This document shows positions 52,095 through 64,000 of a stretch of DNA of 64,000 bases, piece after piece. The notes under the pieces are model-generated. The model worked only from the letters and a program-made list of their open reading frames with translations, was not told where the DNA came from and made no database searches. Where the stretch lies: contig OZ024756.1 in the NCBI GenBank assembly GCA_964016885.1, positions 7,378,001 to 7,442,000 of the forward strand, given 5' to 3'. This DNA comes from Eledone cirrhosa. Taxonomy: Eukaryota. Made by a program: the position numbers and the translations under genes. Each line of letters starts with the position of its first letter. Position 1 is the first letter of the stretch.

Positions 52095-54108
52095 GGTTAT
52101 AACTATAATATTTATGACGGAGGGTTATAACAATAATATTTATAACGGAGGGTTATAACTATAATATTTATGACGGAGGGTTATAACTATAATATTTATG
52201 ACCGAGGGTTATAACTATAATATTTATGACGGAGGGTTATAACTATAATATTTATGATGGAGGGTTATAACTATAATATTTATGACGGAGGGTTATAACT
52301 ATAATATTACTAACGGAAGGTAATAACTATAATATTTATGACGGAGGGTTATAACTATAATATTTATGACGGAGGCTTATAACTATAATATTACTAACAG
52401 AGGGCTAAAACTATAATATTTATGACGGAGTGTCATAACTATAATATTACTAACAGAGGGTTATAACTATAATATTTATGACGGAGGGTTATAACTATAA
52501 TATTTATGACGGAGGGTTATAACTATAATATTTCTAACGGAGGGTTATAACTATAATATTTATGACGGAGGGTTATAACTATAATATTTATGACGGAGGG
52601 TTATAACTATAATATTTCTAACGGAGGGTTATAACTATAATATTTCTAACAGAGGGTTATAACAATAATATTACTAACGGAGGGTTATAACTATAATATT
52701 TATGACGGAGGGTTATAACAATAATATTACTAACGGAGGGTTATAACTATAATATTACTAACGGAAGGTTATAACTATAATATTTCTAACGGAGGGTTAT
52801 AACTATAATATTTATGACGGAGGGTTATAACTATAATATTTATGACGGAGGCTTATAACTATAATATTTCTAACGGAGGGTTATAACTATAATATTTATG
52901 ACGGAGGGTTATAACTATAATATTTATGACGGAGGGTTATAACTATAATATTACTAACGGAGGGTTATAACTATAATATTACTAACGGAAGGTTATAACT
53001 ATAATATTTATGACGGAGGGTTATAACTATAATATTTATGACGGAGGGTTATAACTATAATATTTATGACGGAGGGTTATAACTATAATATTTATGACGG
53101 AGTGTTATAACAATAATTGTTTCTACTTTAGGCACACGGCCAGCAATTACCCAGTGCATTACTGGTACTTTATTTTATCGACCTCGTAAGGATGAAAGGC
53201 TAAGTCAACCTCGGCGGGATTTGAACTCAGATCGTAAAGGGACGTAACTATGCTGGAAAGCATGGTGTCCGACTCGCTACCGATACTGCCAATCTACCGT
53301 ATAACAATAATATTACTAACGGAGGGTTATAACTATAATATTTATGACGGAGGGTTATAACAATAATATTACTAACGGAGGGTTATAACTATAATATTAC
53401 TAACGGAAGGTTATAACTATAATATTTATGACGGAGGGTTATAACTATAATATTTATGACGGAGGGTTATAACTATAATATTTATGACGGAGGGTTATAA
53501 CTATAATATTTATGACGGAGGGTTATAACTATAATATTTACGACGGAGGGTTATAACTATAATATATCTAACGGAGGGTTATAACTATAATATTTCTAAC
53601 GGAGGGTTATAACTATAATATTTATGACGGAGGGTTTTAGGTATAATATTTATGACGAAGGGTTTTAGGCATAATATTTATGACAGAGGGATTTAGCATA
53701 ATATTTATGACGGAGGGTTTTAGCCTAATATTTATGACGGATGGTTTTAGCATAATATTTATGACGGAGGGTTTTAGGCATAATATTTATGACAGTGGGT
53801 TTTAGCATAATATTTATGACGGAGGGTTTTAGGCATAATATTTATGACGGAGGGTTTTAGCCTAATATTTATGACGGATGGTTTTAGCATAATATTTATG
53901 ACGGAGGGTTTTAGCCTAATATTTATGACGGATGGTTTTAGCATAATATTTATGACGGAGGGTTTTAGCATAATATTTATGACGGAGGGTTTTAGCATAA
54001 TATTTATGATGGATGGTTATAACAATAATATTTATGACGGAGGGGTATAATCATAATATTTCTAACGGAGGGTTGTTACCATAATATTTATGACGGAGGG
54101 TTTTAAAC
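52095..54108. repeat. 28-bp minisatellite that shifts to a 27/28-bp variant after ~53630
   Basis: Unit GACGGAGGGTTATAACTATAATATTTAT; distal unit GACGGAGGGTTTTAGCATAATATTTAT. Confidence 0.95.
53114..53299 (-). mobile_element. SINE family A inserted in the minisatellite
   Basis: Full SINE flanked by TATAACAATAAT. Confidence 0.9.
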
Positions 54109-54433
54109 TAAACTATTGTTTGAAGTAATTTAATTTATGAGTCATTTTATAGAAAGGCCAGATAATTAATTGTTTTCATTGATTCCATAATTAATTACTT
54201 AATTAATTTATCAATTAACTTATGAAGGAGAAACCAGTTATAGCAAATACACGTATACATGTGTATGTTTGGACGAGTGGATGGATGCATGAATATATGT
54301 ATGCTTTCACGCACAAAAAGAGACACACACGCATATTATACATATATATTCTCACAATACATATATAATACACATACATCCGTATATAGAGACTCACATA
54401 CACACACACACTCACATATATATTTATATATAT

Positions 54434-54489
<56 letters not shown>

Positions 54490-54509
54490 ATACTGTATAT
54501 ATATATTTA

Positions 54510-54678
54510 ATTGTCTCCATTATTTGCGGGAGTTATAGTCCTAGAGCAGCCGCGAGGAGTGAAAAACCGCGAATATTTAGGATTCCGCGAATATGCAGTG
54601 GTTCCCACGAATAATTATTTAGGTTCCAGTGGAAAATCCGCGAATAACCGGTATGATGAATGCCGGTAGTACATTGTA
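54510..54678. mobile_element. Degenerate Tigger/pogo-like MITE
   Basis: TATTTGCGGG start and repeated CCGCGAATA motifs; termini decayed. Confidence 0.35.
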
Positions 54679-54714
54679 TATATTTATTATACGTGCATGT
54701 ATGTAACCGTACGA

Positions 54715-54849
<135 letters not shown>

Positions 54850-55153
54850 TTAGAAAGTGAGGTTTTTTTTACAAAATGAAAAATAACCGAGGTGTCCTAC
54901 ACGAGTGAAAGTATAAAGAAAAAAAGATGAAATCGAAAATGCAACTGGAGTCTTATTTTTTTAAAGAATATATATATTTATTTGGTTCCTTTACCGGTTT
55001 CGCAGTTCTTCTGCTTTTCAAAAGTAGAGTTGAGATGGAGGGTCTGTGGTTTTTCTCACATCTGTGAGAAGAACTGCGAAACCGGTAAAGGAACCAAATA
55101 AAGATATATATTTTTAAAAAAATAAGACTCCAGTTGCATTTTCGATTTCATCT
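54850..55153. mobile_element. Fold-back element carrying a U3-A8 hammerhead variant
   Basis: Arms 54925-55012 / 55066-55153; minus strand 54987-55026 reads CTT-TTGAAAA-GCAG-AAGAA-CTGC-GAAA-CCG-GTA-AAG. Confidence 0.75.
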
Positions 55154-55179
55154 GTTTTTCGATATACATATATATATAG

Positions 55180-55239
<60 letters not shown>

Positions 55240-55383
55240 GTAAATATATATAAATATATATATGTATATATTTATATGTATATATATATATATATATGTA
55301 TATATATGTATATACAGTATATATATATATATATATATATATAAGAGTATTGAAGTTTGCTTGAAGCATTGTGGAACAATAAA

Positions 55384-56050
55384 TAAATATATTTAAGTCG
55401 TTTGGAAGCCTCGACAATGCCAATGGGTAAATCTCCGGGTAACAAGGTCCGGTGGTGGAGAGAGAGATGTAAGTGGGTGTACGTTGAGATGCGTGGCGTG
55501 TATAAGATGTGTGAGATGTGTAGAATGAAGGCAAGAGCATAAAGGATAAAAATAAAAATAACAACACAAGAGAGAGTTACCTTGGGAGAGATTTAATAGT
55601 CCCTATATATTTCGGATTCACATCCATCAACTGGGGTTTTTTTCCGGGGTGGGGGAAAAGGTTGTCTGTCGGACAAGTGCGGAACGCGTCTCTCGCTGTT
55701 TGTTGTTTTGAATATCTGATATTCAAAACAACAAACAGCGAAAGACGCGTTCCGCACTTGTCCGACAGACAACCTTTTCCCCCACCCCGGAAAAAAACCC
55801 CAGTTGATGGATGTGAATCCGAAATATATAGGGACTATTAAATCTCTCCCAAGGTAACTCTCTCTTGTGTTGTTATTTTTATTTTTATCCTTTATACTCT
55901 TGCCTTCATTCTACACATCTCACACATCTTATACACACCACGCATCTCAACGTACACCCACTTACATCTCTCTCTCCACCAACGGACCTTGTTACCCGGA
56001 GATTTACCCATTTGCATTGTCGAGGCTTCCAAACGACTTAAAGATATTTA
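55384..56050. mobile_element. 667-bp near-perfect palindrome (333-bp arms, centre 55717) between (TA)n tracts
   Basis: ORF-track peptides 55148-55567 (-) and 55867-56334 (+) start almost identically; each arm holds CCC-CAGTTGA-T-GGAT-GTGA-ATCC-GAAA-TATATA-GGG. Confidence 0.88.
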
Positions 56051-56094
56051 TATATATATACATATATATACATAAATATATATATATTAATATA

Positions 56095-56503
<409 letters not shown>

Positions 56504-56514
56504 TATATATATAT

Positions 56515-57629
<1,115 letters not shown>

Positions 57630-58209
57630 GTAAGGTATAGAAAATATTGTAGAAAAAAGCCAACTGTATTCCATAATATATAAGTGACTATAGCGTCAAA
57701 TTGGAAAAATAGTTAACGTAAGATGTGGGAAAAATAATTCGAACTCAACTCAAAAAGAATCAGGATATAGATTCATCCAACAGAATTTAGTGAAATCCAG
57801 GGAAAAATCAATAGAGCCTTAACTCATGATAAAATAAAGTTTAAAATACTCATCCTTCAATTTGGAAAAAAATTCAAATGCTCTGTATAGTCTTGAAGAC
57901 TATTTGACGAAAACTTTCAGTGGAGATAGTCACGGTCGAAATTCGATCCTCAGCAGAGCTCAACTCGATAACCACAATTTTTCACTGATTAATATGCCAA
58001 AAAAAAGGGAATTATAAGCAGGCTAGTTCACCATCATGCGTGACTATGAAAAATAAAACGCACATGTGGAAAGACAGGGCTGGTGACGTCAGAATGAGAC
58101 GAATGTTTGTTTACAAGAAACAACAGTAAAAAATATTCCGAAAAAACTCTAGAATAAGGAGTTCAGCAAAAAGCAATATTATCGCGGTTTGTTTATTATA
58201 TTATATATA

Positions 58210-58248
<39 letters not shown>

Positions 58249-58255
<7 letters not shown>

Positions 58256-59421
58256 AAATGCTCTGAAATAGCGATATATATGTGAAGATAGACATAGAAT
58301 ATTCGAAAATATTCTGTATGTTTATAATAAACATTTTGAAGACCTAATCGCTATAGAATAGAATACGTCACGTATTACAATTAGATTCTCGATAAAAGCA
58401 AGGGAAGTAACCTACGCGTTTCATTCTTATTAGAAATCTTCAGGATTACATATCCAGTGCTTTTATCGAGAATGACACAGCTAGAGACTTATAGAACACT
58501 TAGCTGTGTACAGGAACTGGTTTGAAAGAGCGGTTGCCGGTCCGGCAGAAATTAGAAATTGGATTAAATGCTCTGAAATAGCGATATATATGTGAAGATA
58601 GACATAGAATATTCGAAAATATTCTGTATGTTTATAATAAACATTTTGAAGACCTAATCGCTATAGAATAGAATACGTCACGTATTACAATTAGATTCTC
58701 GATAAAAGCAAGGGAAGTAACCTACGCGTTTCATTCTTATTAGAAATCTTCAGGATTACATATCCAGTGCTTTTATCGAGAATGACACAGCTAGAGACTT
58801 ATAGAATACTTAGCTGTGTACAGGAACTGGTTTGAAAGAGCGGTTGCCGGTCCGGCAGAAATTAGAAATTGGATTAAATGCTCTGAAATAGCGATATATA
58901 TGTGAAGATAGACATAGAATATTCGAAAATATTCTGTATGTTTATAATAAACATTTTGAAGACCTAATCGCTATAGAATAGAATACGTCACGTATTACAA
59001 TTAGATTCTCGATAAAAGCAAGGGAAGTAACCTACGCGTTTCATTCTTATTAGAAATCTTCAGGATTACATATCCAGTGCTTTTATCGAGAATGACACAG
59101 CTAGAGACTTATAGAATACTTAGCTGTGTACAGAGCATTTAATCCAATTTCTAATTTCTGCCGGACCGGCAACCGCTCTTTCAAACCAGTTCCTGTACAC
59201 AGCTAAGTATTCTATAAGTCTCTAGCTGTGTCATTCTCGATAAAAGCACTGTATATGTAATCCTGAAGATTTCTAATAAGAATGAAACGCGTAGGTTACT
59301 TCCCTTGCTTTTATCGAGAATCTAATTGTAATACGTGACGTATTCTATTCTATAGCGATTAGGTCTTCAAAATGTTTATTATAAACATACAGAATATTTT
59401 CGAATATTCTATGTCTATCTT

Positions 59422-59430
<9 letters not shown>
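58249..59430. mobile_element. 310-bp tandem HHR repeat (2.85 units) followed by an inverted unit; retrozyme/pLTR-like
   Basis: Units at 58251, 58561, 58871; strand switch at 59131 over CAG microhomology; HHR at 58407-58449, 58717-58759, 59027-59069 (-) and 59257-59299 (+). Confidence 0.9.
59257..59299 (+). ncRNA. Type I hammerhead ribozyme motif
   Basis: GTAATC-CTGAAGA-T-TTCT-AATA-AGAA-T-GAAA-CGC-GTA-GGTTAC: 6-bp stem I, palindromic ACGCGT stem III, GUA triplet. Confidence 0.78.
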
Positions 59431-59466
<36 letters not shown>

Positions 59467-59578
59467 CTACCTAATTTTCAAATTCGCTAGCCGTTTCTAA
59501 TCAAAACCTGCTTTGTGTCTCCCTATTTATATACATATATATACCTGCTATTGTTATATAGGTTCTAATTGAATGGGT

Positions 59579-59649
59579 GGCGTGTTGGTGTAATGGTAAT
59601 ACATTGGTCCGGCAAACCAAAGAAGTGGGTTTGTGTCTCAAGTACGTCA
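59579..59649 (+). pseudogene. tRNA-like cloverleaf (GGC at the anticodon position), degenerate
   Basis: GGCGTGT/GTACGTC acceptor, GTGT/ATAC D stem, TTGGT-CCGGCAA-ACCAA anticodon arm; T loop TTTGTGT is non-canonical. Confidence 0.5.
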
Positions 59650-60195
59650 ATACTCATCCTTTTTTCCATTCAGAGGGTTTTTTAAAATCCCAAGTAACAG
59701 ACTAATTCTATTTAATCAAATACGGCATAAGCACATGTTACTGCCTAATTTTCAAATTCGCTATTTGTTTCTAAACAAAGCGTGCTTTGTGCCACCATAT
59801 TTACACACACAAACATACACACACACATATATATAAATGATATATATATATATACATATTAATCTGACATTAAACAGGATGTGTTACATTTTTATGTAAA
59901 TATTTTTCTAAAGTCTTATATTTTCTTTTGCTTGGAATATAGTAGAGAAGAAAGTTTTAATTATAATTAAAGCGATGTAGGTTAATGAGGCCCCCAGCGG
60001 TAGGTGCAATGTCTAGATTATAAAGATGTTCAATATTGTCCAATATTCCTACTATATATTGAATATTGGGCAATTAATGAAATAAGGAAATCTCTGTTTG
60101 AATGGAAACTACAGCATATGGTACTTGTAGAGTATAACTACGTTTACATCACAGATACAAAACATGGGTACATTAATATCATAGATGTTGTAGGT

Positions 60196-60498
60196 CAAAG
60201 GTTTTTAAACCTTTCACCCCCTCCCCCATACGGCCTCGTAATATCCCTAGCCCCAACCCTATTTCTAGTGAGACCTATCTTTACGCAAATTGTAAATAAT
60301 ATACAATAAATAAAATCGCTGATTTATATATAATAAATAATATAATATATACTATGTATAAATAAATATTACATATTTTATATTTTACTATATTTATATA
60401 TAATATATATCATTTGATATTTAATATACTATTATATTATCTCTACTGCTCCCCATTGCCTTCATTAGCCCCAACGCCCCTTGGACCTTCTCCCAATC
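60196..60498. mobile_element. Truncated copy of the 35959-36494 hAT MITE without the SINE
   Basis: CAAAGGTTTTTAAAC start and shared AT-rich interior with a single TTTATATATAATAAATAAT. Confidence 0.7.
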
Positions 60499-60698
60499 TT
60501 CAGGTTCATATTCAGTTGTGACAGTCAAGTTTGCAATTTTCAACTGTAATGAGATGGCTAAAATATGTGCCTTACATACAGTAAAAAGGGGCTACAGAAT
60601 GCTAAGTTTTGCAAACTGTATTTCGACGACCAATTGGTGTGTGGTTTCACTAGATTACTAAAGCTGATTGGTATAGGCGTCACGGTTGGTTGAGCATG

Positions 60699-60731
<33 letters not shown>

Positions 60732-60732
60732 A

Positions 60733-60831
<99 letters not shown>

Positions 60832-60945
60832 GTTATCATATACATAAATTTAAATTAAAGATACATATATGTTGCAACTGTTCACTTTTAAGCTCAATGA
60901 AGAATTAATAAATTAAATTAAATTAAAATAAAAAAATCAGAGCAT

Positions 60946-61150
60946 TATATCATAAATCATGTCTATAGAATCAATCAGATATTAAAATATATACTATTTC
61001 TTCTTCTAATTAGCATAATTAACCATATACAAAACCAAATCTAGCAAGCCTTAAGAATAAATTTTCTTAGGGGGAAATCTCTAATTATGCTAATTAGAAG
61101 AAGAAATAGTATATATTTTAATATCTGATTGATTCTATAGACATGATTTA

Positions 61151-61157
<7 letters not shown>
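60946..61157. repeat. Fold-back inverted repeat abutting (TA)n
   Basis: Arms 60946-61021 / 61082-61157; internal TCTAATTA-TGC-TAATTAGA hairpin ahead of GAAATAGTA. Confidence 0.8.
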
Positions 61158-61220
<63 letters not shown>

Positions 61221-61223
<3 letters not shown>

Positions 61224-61656
61224 AAAGGTAAACAGAAATAACAACACAATCGGTACAGTATATGGAAGGGATATATTAGGTTAACGCCTGATATAGCAGG
61301 AAGAGGGTCTTAACTTTTCGGACGCTAGTCCTTCATCAGAAAAAAGAATGAGAAATAATATACATTGAGGGGACGGGTGGGTTAGAATTGGAAAAAATAT
61401 CTTTAGATAAAAATAACAGGTACATTCATGTTGACATCACTTGCAAAACTGTTGGTGCTGGCGTTTTTTATATGATTTATTTTTTAGAAAAATGGATGAT
61501 GGAGCGTGTCTACCTGAAATGAAAAAAAAACGTTTTGTAAAAAGACCTATACTTGTGCACATGTGTAAGCATGTGTGTGTATGTTATTATACGTCCGTAC
61601 GAAGCTAAGAAGAAATGTGTGTGTCAAGCGTTAACCTAATATATCCCTTGTATATA
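61221..61656 (-). mobile_element. Family P3 pseudo-LTR with HHR (61308-61343) and a short terminal inversion
   Basis: Reverse complement of ~49570-49931; 61625-61655 inverts 61260-61290. Confidence 0.8.
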
Positions 61657-62117
61657 TATTGCTTCAAAATATTAATAAATATAGACATTCATGTGATCAA
61701 ATATATTTTATTATACATATTTCAGAGATACTAAGCTATTTCAACAGTACGTCCTCATCAGATAAAATAAGTTGATGCCTGACATAACTTGACTATGTTG
61801 ATGGTTATAATTTAGTCATGGCAGTAAATTATAATTTAGCCATGGCAGTAAATTATAATTTAATCATGGTAGTAAATTATAACCATCAACATAGTCAACG
61901 TATGTCAGGAATCAATTTATTTTATCTGATGAGGACGTACTGTTGAAATAGCTTAGTATCTCTGAAATATGTATAATAAAATATATTTGATCACATGAAT
62001 GTCTATATTTATTAATATTTTGAAGTAATATTAATAACTCCAGAAAACCTCACTGTAGAGAGCTTATAATCTATTGTGAACCTTTATTCATTGATGAATT
62101 CATTGAACCTTGTTAAA

Positions 62118-62127
<10 letters not shown>
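61657..62127. mobile_element. Fold-back element (P1 subfamily) with two HHR motifs
   Basis: Arms 61657-~61812 / ~61874-62030 with three ~21-bp repeats at the centre; HHR at 61705-61768 (-) and 61919-61982 (+). Confidence 0.85.
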
Positions 62128-62201
<74 letters not shown>

Positions 62202-62334
62202 ACGCTTACGTGGACCTCTCAAAATTCGTTGGATTTTCTAATTGGATTTTCACCCCGAAACTGGATACCAACCCGGAGTACACCTGAACTTCCACCAGGA
62301 AATATTTCGTATCAATGAAATTTCCTTTGCTTCT

Positions 62335-62368
<34 letters not shown>

Positions 62369-62369
62369 A

Positions 62370-62693
62370 ATGAAGTAATTCCGTCGGAAAAGTCCAGGAA
62401 AAAAGAGTGCTCTATGTAGGTAACAGAGCTTAATAGTTATGTAATAAACAACATAAGGCAATTATTCCATTTACCAGTGGTTTCTTAAAAGCAAAAGATT
62501 TTGCTTTCAATCCTCAGAATGAAAAAATCCTGGTCTGTTTATTGAATTTGGATTTTAAAATTGAATTATGTTTTTTAAAATCCAAATTCAATAAACAGAC
62601 CAGGATTTTTTCATTCTGAGGATTGGAAGCAAAATCTTTTGCTTTTAAGAAACCACTGGTAAATGGAATAATTGCCTTATGTCGTTTATTACA

Positions 62694-62700
<7 letters not shown>
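62370..62700. mobile_element. Fold-back element with two canonical-core HHRs
   Basis: Arms 62433-62560 / 62573-62700; HHR at 62466-62523 (-) and 62610-62667 (+). Confidence 0.85.
62610..62667 (+). ncRNA. Type I hammerhead ribozyme motif
   Basis: TTCATT-CTGAGGA-TTGGAAGCAAAA-TC-TTTTGCTTTTAA-GAAA-CCACTG-GTA-AATGGA: 6-bp stem I, long stem II, ACCA/TGGT stem III, GUA triplet. Confidence 0.82.
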
Positions 62701-62723
<23 letters not shown>

Positions 62724-62730
<7 letters not shown>

Positions 62731-62899
62731 AAGGAAAATATTGACTTCATTTGTAGTTCTAAACAATTTAATTTAATTCAATTCAATAATTTTACAATTT
62801 GGTTTTGTAGAACTACAAAACCTAATTGTAAAATTATAATATAAAATTAAATTAAGTTGTTTAGAACTACAAATGAAGTCATTATTTTCCTTTTTTTAA
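62724..62899. repeat. AT-rich fold-back palindrome centred near 62811
   Basis: AAGGAAAATA.TGACTTCATTTGTAGTTCTAAACAA / TTGTTTAGAACTACAAATGAAGTCA.TATTTTCCTT. Confidence 0.85.
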
Positions 62900-63508
62900 A
62901 TATACCTAGCTGAATCAAGGATTCCACACATTTTCCAATATATATATATATAGTAGAATAATCGAGTATCGAAAAATCGGCGCACGAGTTCACGATAAAC
63001 AAAATTCGATATGAGCGGCAGAGGGCTCAATAATTTAGATAAATCAGAGCTATAACTATCGTTAAAATACCGTCACACATAGAACAAGTCTATAATCAAC
63101 CGTACGACCGAAAAATTGCGATCTGGAAGATTCGGGACACTCAGATAAAAAAATCAATAAATCAATAAATCAAATGAATGTAAAAAGCATACCCGGACCC
63201 GCTAGAAAGATGGTAAATCTAGCTTCTTGGGTTTCTGTAAATCCTTAAACTGTCCTCTATCAGCTCACATAAAAATATATAAGACTTCTAGGTGCCAGCG
63301 GACGGGAATTTACTTCCTCAACGAGCTTTGTCCAAACGAATGAAAAGGCATAACCCAGGCTAAATACGCACATGGAATTCAGCAAGGGAGATAACCTCTA
63401 TATCCGCGAAAAATATTCGGGAAAATGTGGAAATACACATATCGAATAAGAGTGCTCAATAGACATGTTAAAATAAACAGGAGCTATTCATCACTTAATA
63501 GAATCGAC

Positions 63509-63539
<31 letters not shown>

Positions 63540-64000
63540 TATAGTGTAGGTGCTTCAGTGGATTACTTGTGTTGGTACCAAAACAACCATTCTATACTCA
63601 GTCAGAGTGTATATATTAGAAAAAAAACGAGGAAGTTTCGTTTACATGTATATATGCGTGTTTGTGCATACACATAGCCACGCATTTACACATACTGATG
63701 TTCACAACCTCACGATGCCTGTTCAACATTTTATTTTCATGGTGATTTTTATCCCATATTAGAGAGAGAATGTTGGTAGTATATACAGCTGTCTGTGGAA
63801 TTGAAAGCCCCGTGTATGTGTGTGAGAGAGGGCGATGGGAAAGAGAGAGAGAGAGAGAGAGAGAGGGGGAGGGGGAGAGGCGGGAAGAATGAGTGAGTTA
63901 AAGTGTAGCAGAGGAATCTACGTTTAGTAATTGAACATACAACACATAAATATATATAGTAGTTTAATGGCAAATTTACAATTAAGTATGTGTGTATGTA

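Noticed and set aside
52095-53620. TAACTATAA resembling an rDNA homing-endonuclease site
   Set aside because: Only a 9-bp AT-rich match within a minisatellite; no rRNA sequence is present.

Overview
AT-rich, gene-poor animal (non-prokaryotic) DNA; the SINE and microsatellite content suggests a mollusc such as an octopus, which is inference. No intact host protein-coding gene is supported, and most listed ORFs are (TA)n/(CA)n/(GGT)n read-throughs. The window holds a ~11.4 kb array of a 38-bp satellite, several minisatellites, about 20 copies of one tRNA-derived SINE plus CORE-like SINEs, hAT and Tc1/mariner-type MITEs, a decayed Tx1/L1-group LINE ORF2, a CRE-like endonuclease tail, and Penelope-like element (PLE) RT and GIY-YIG remnants. 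The most striking signal is roughly 25 type I hammerhead-ribozyme (HHR) motifs from several unrelated families. They sit mostly in head-to-head fold-back palindromes or tandem-plus-inverted units inserted at (TA)n tracts, share a small TACTC...GAGTR 3' hairpin, and include core variants (U3-A8; CAGUUGA). All structures were read by eye and no cleavage activity is shown.
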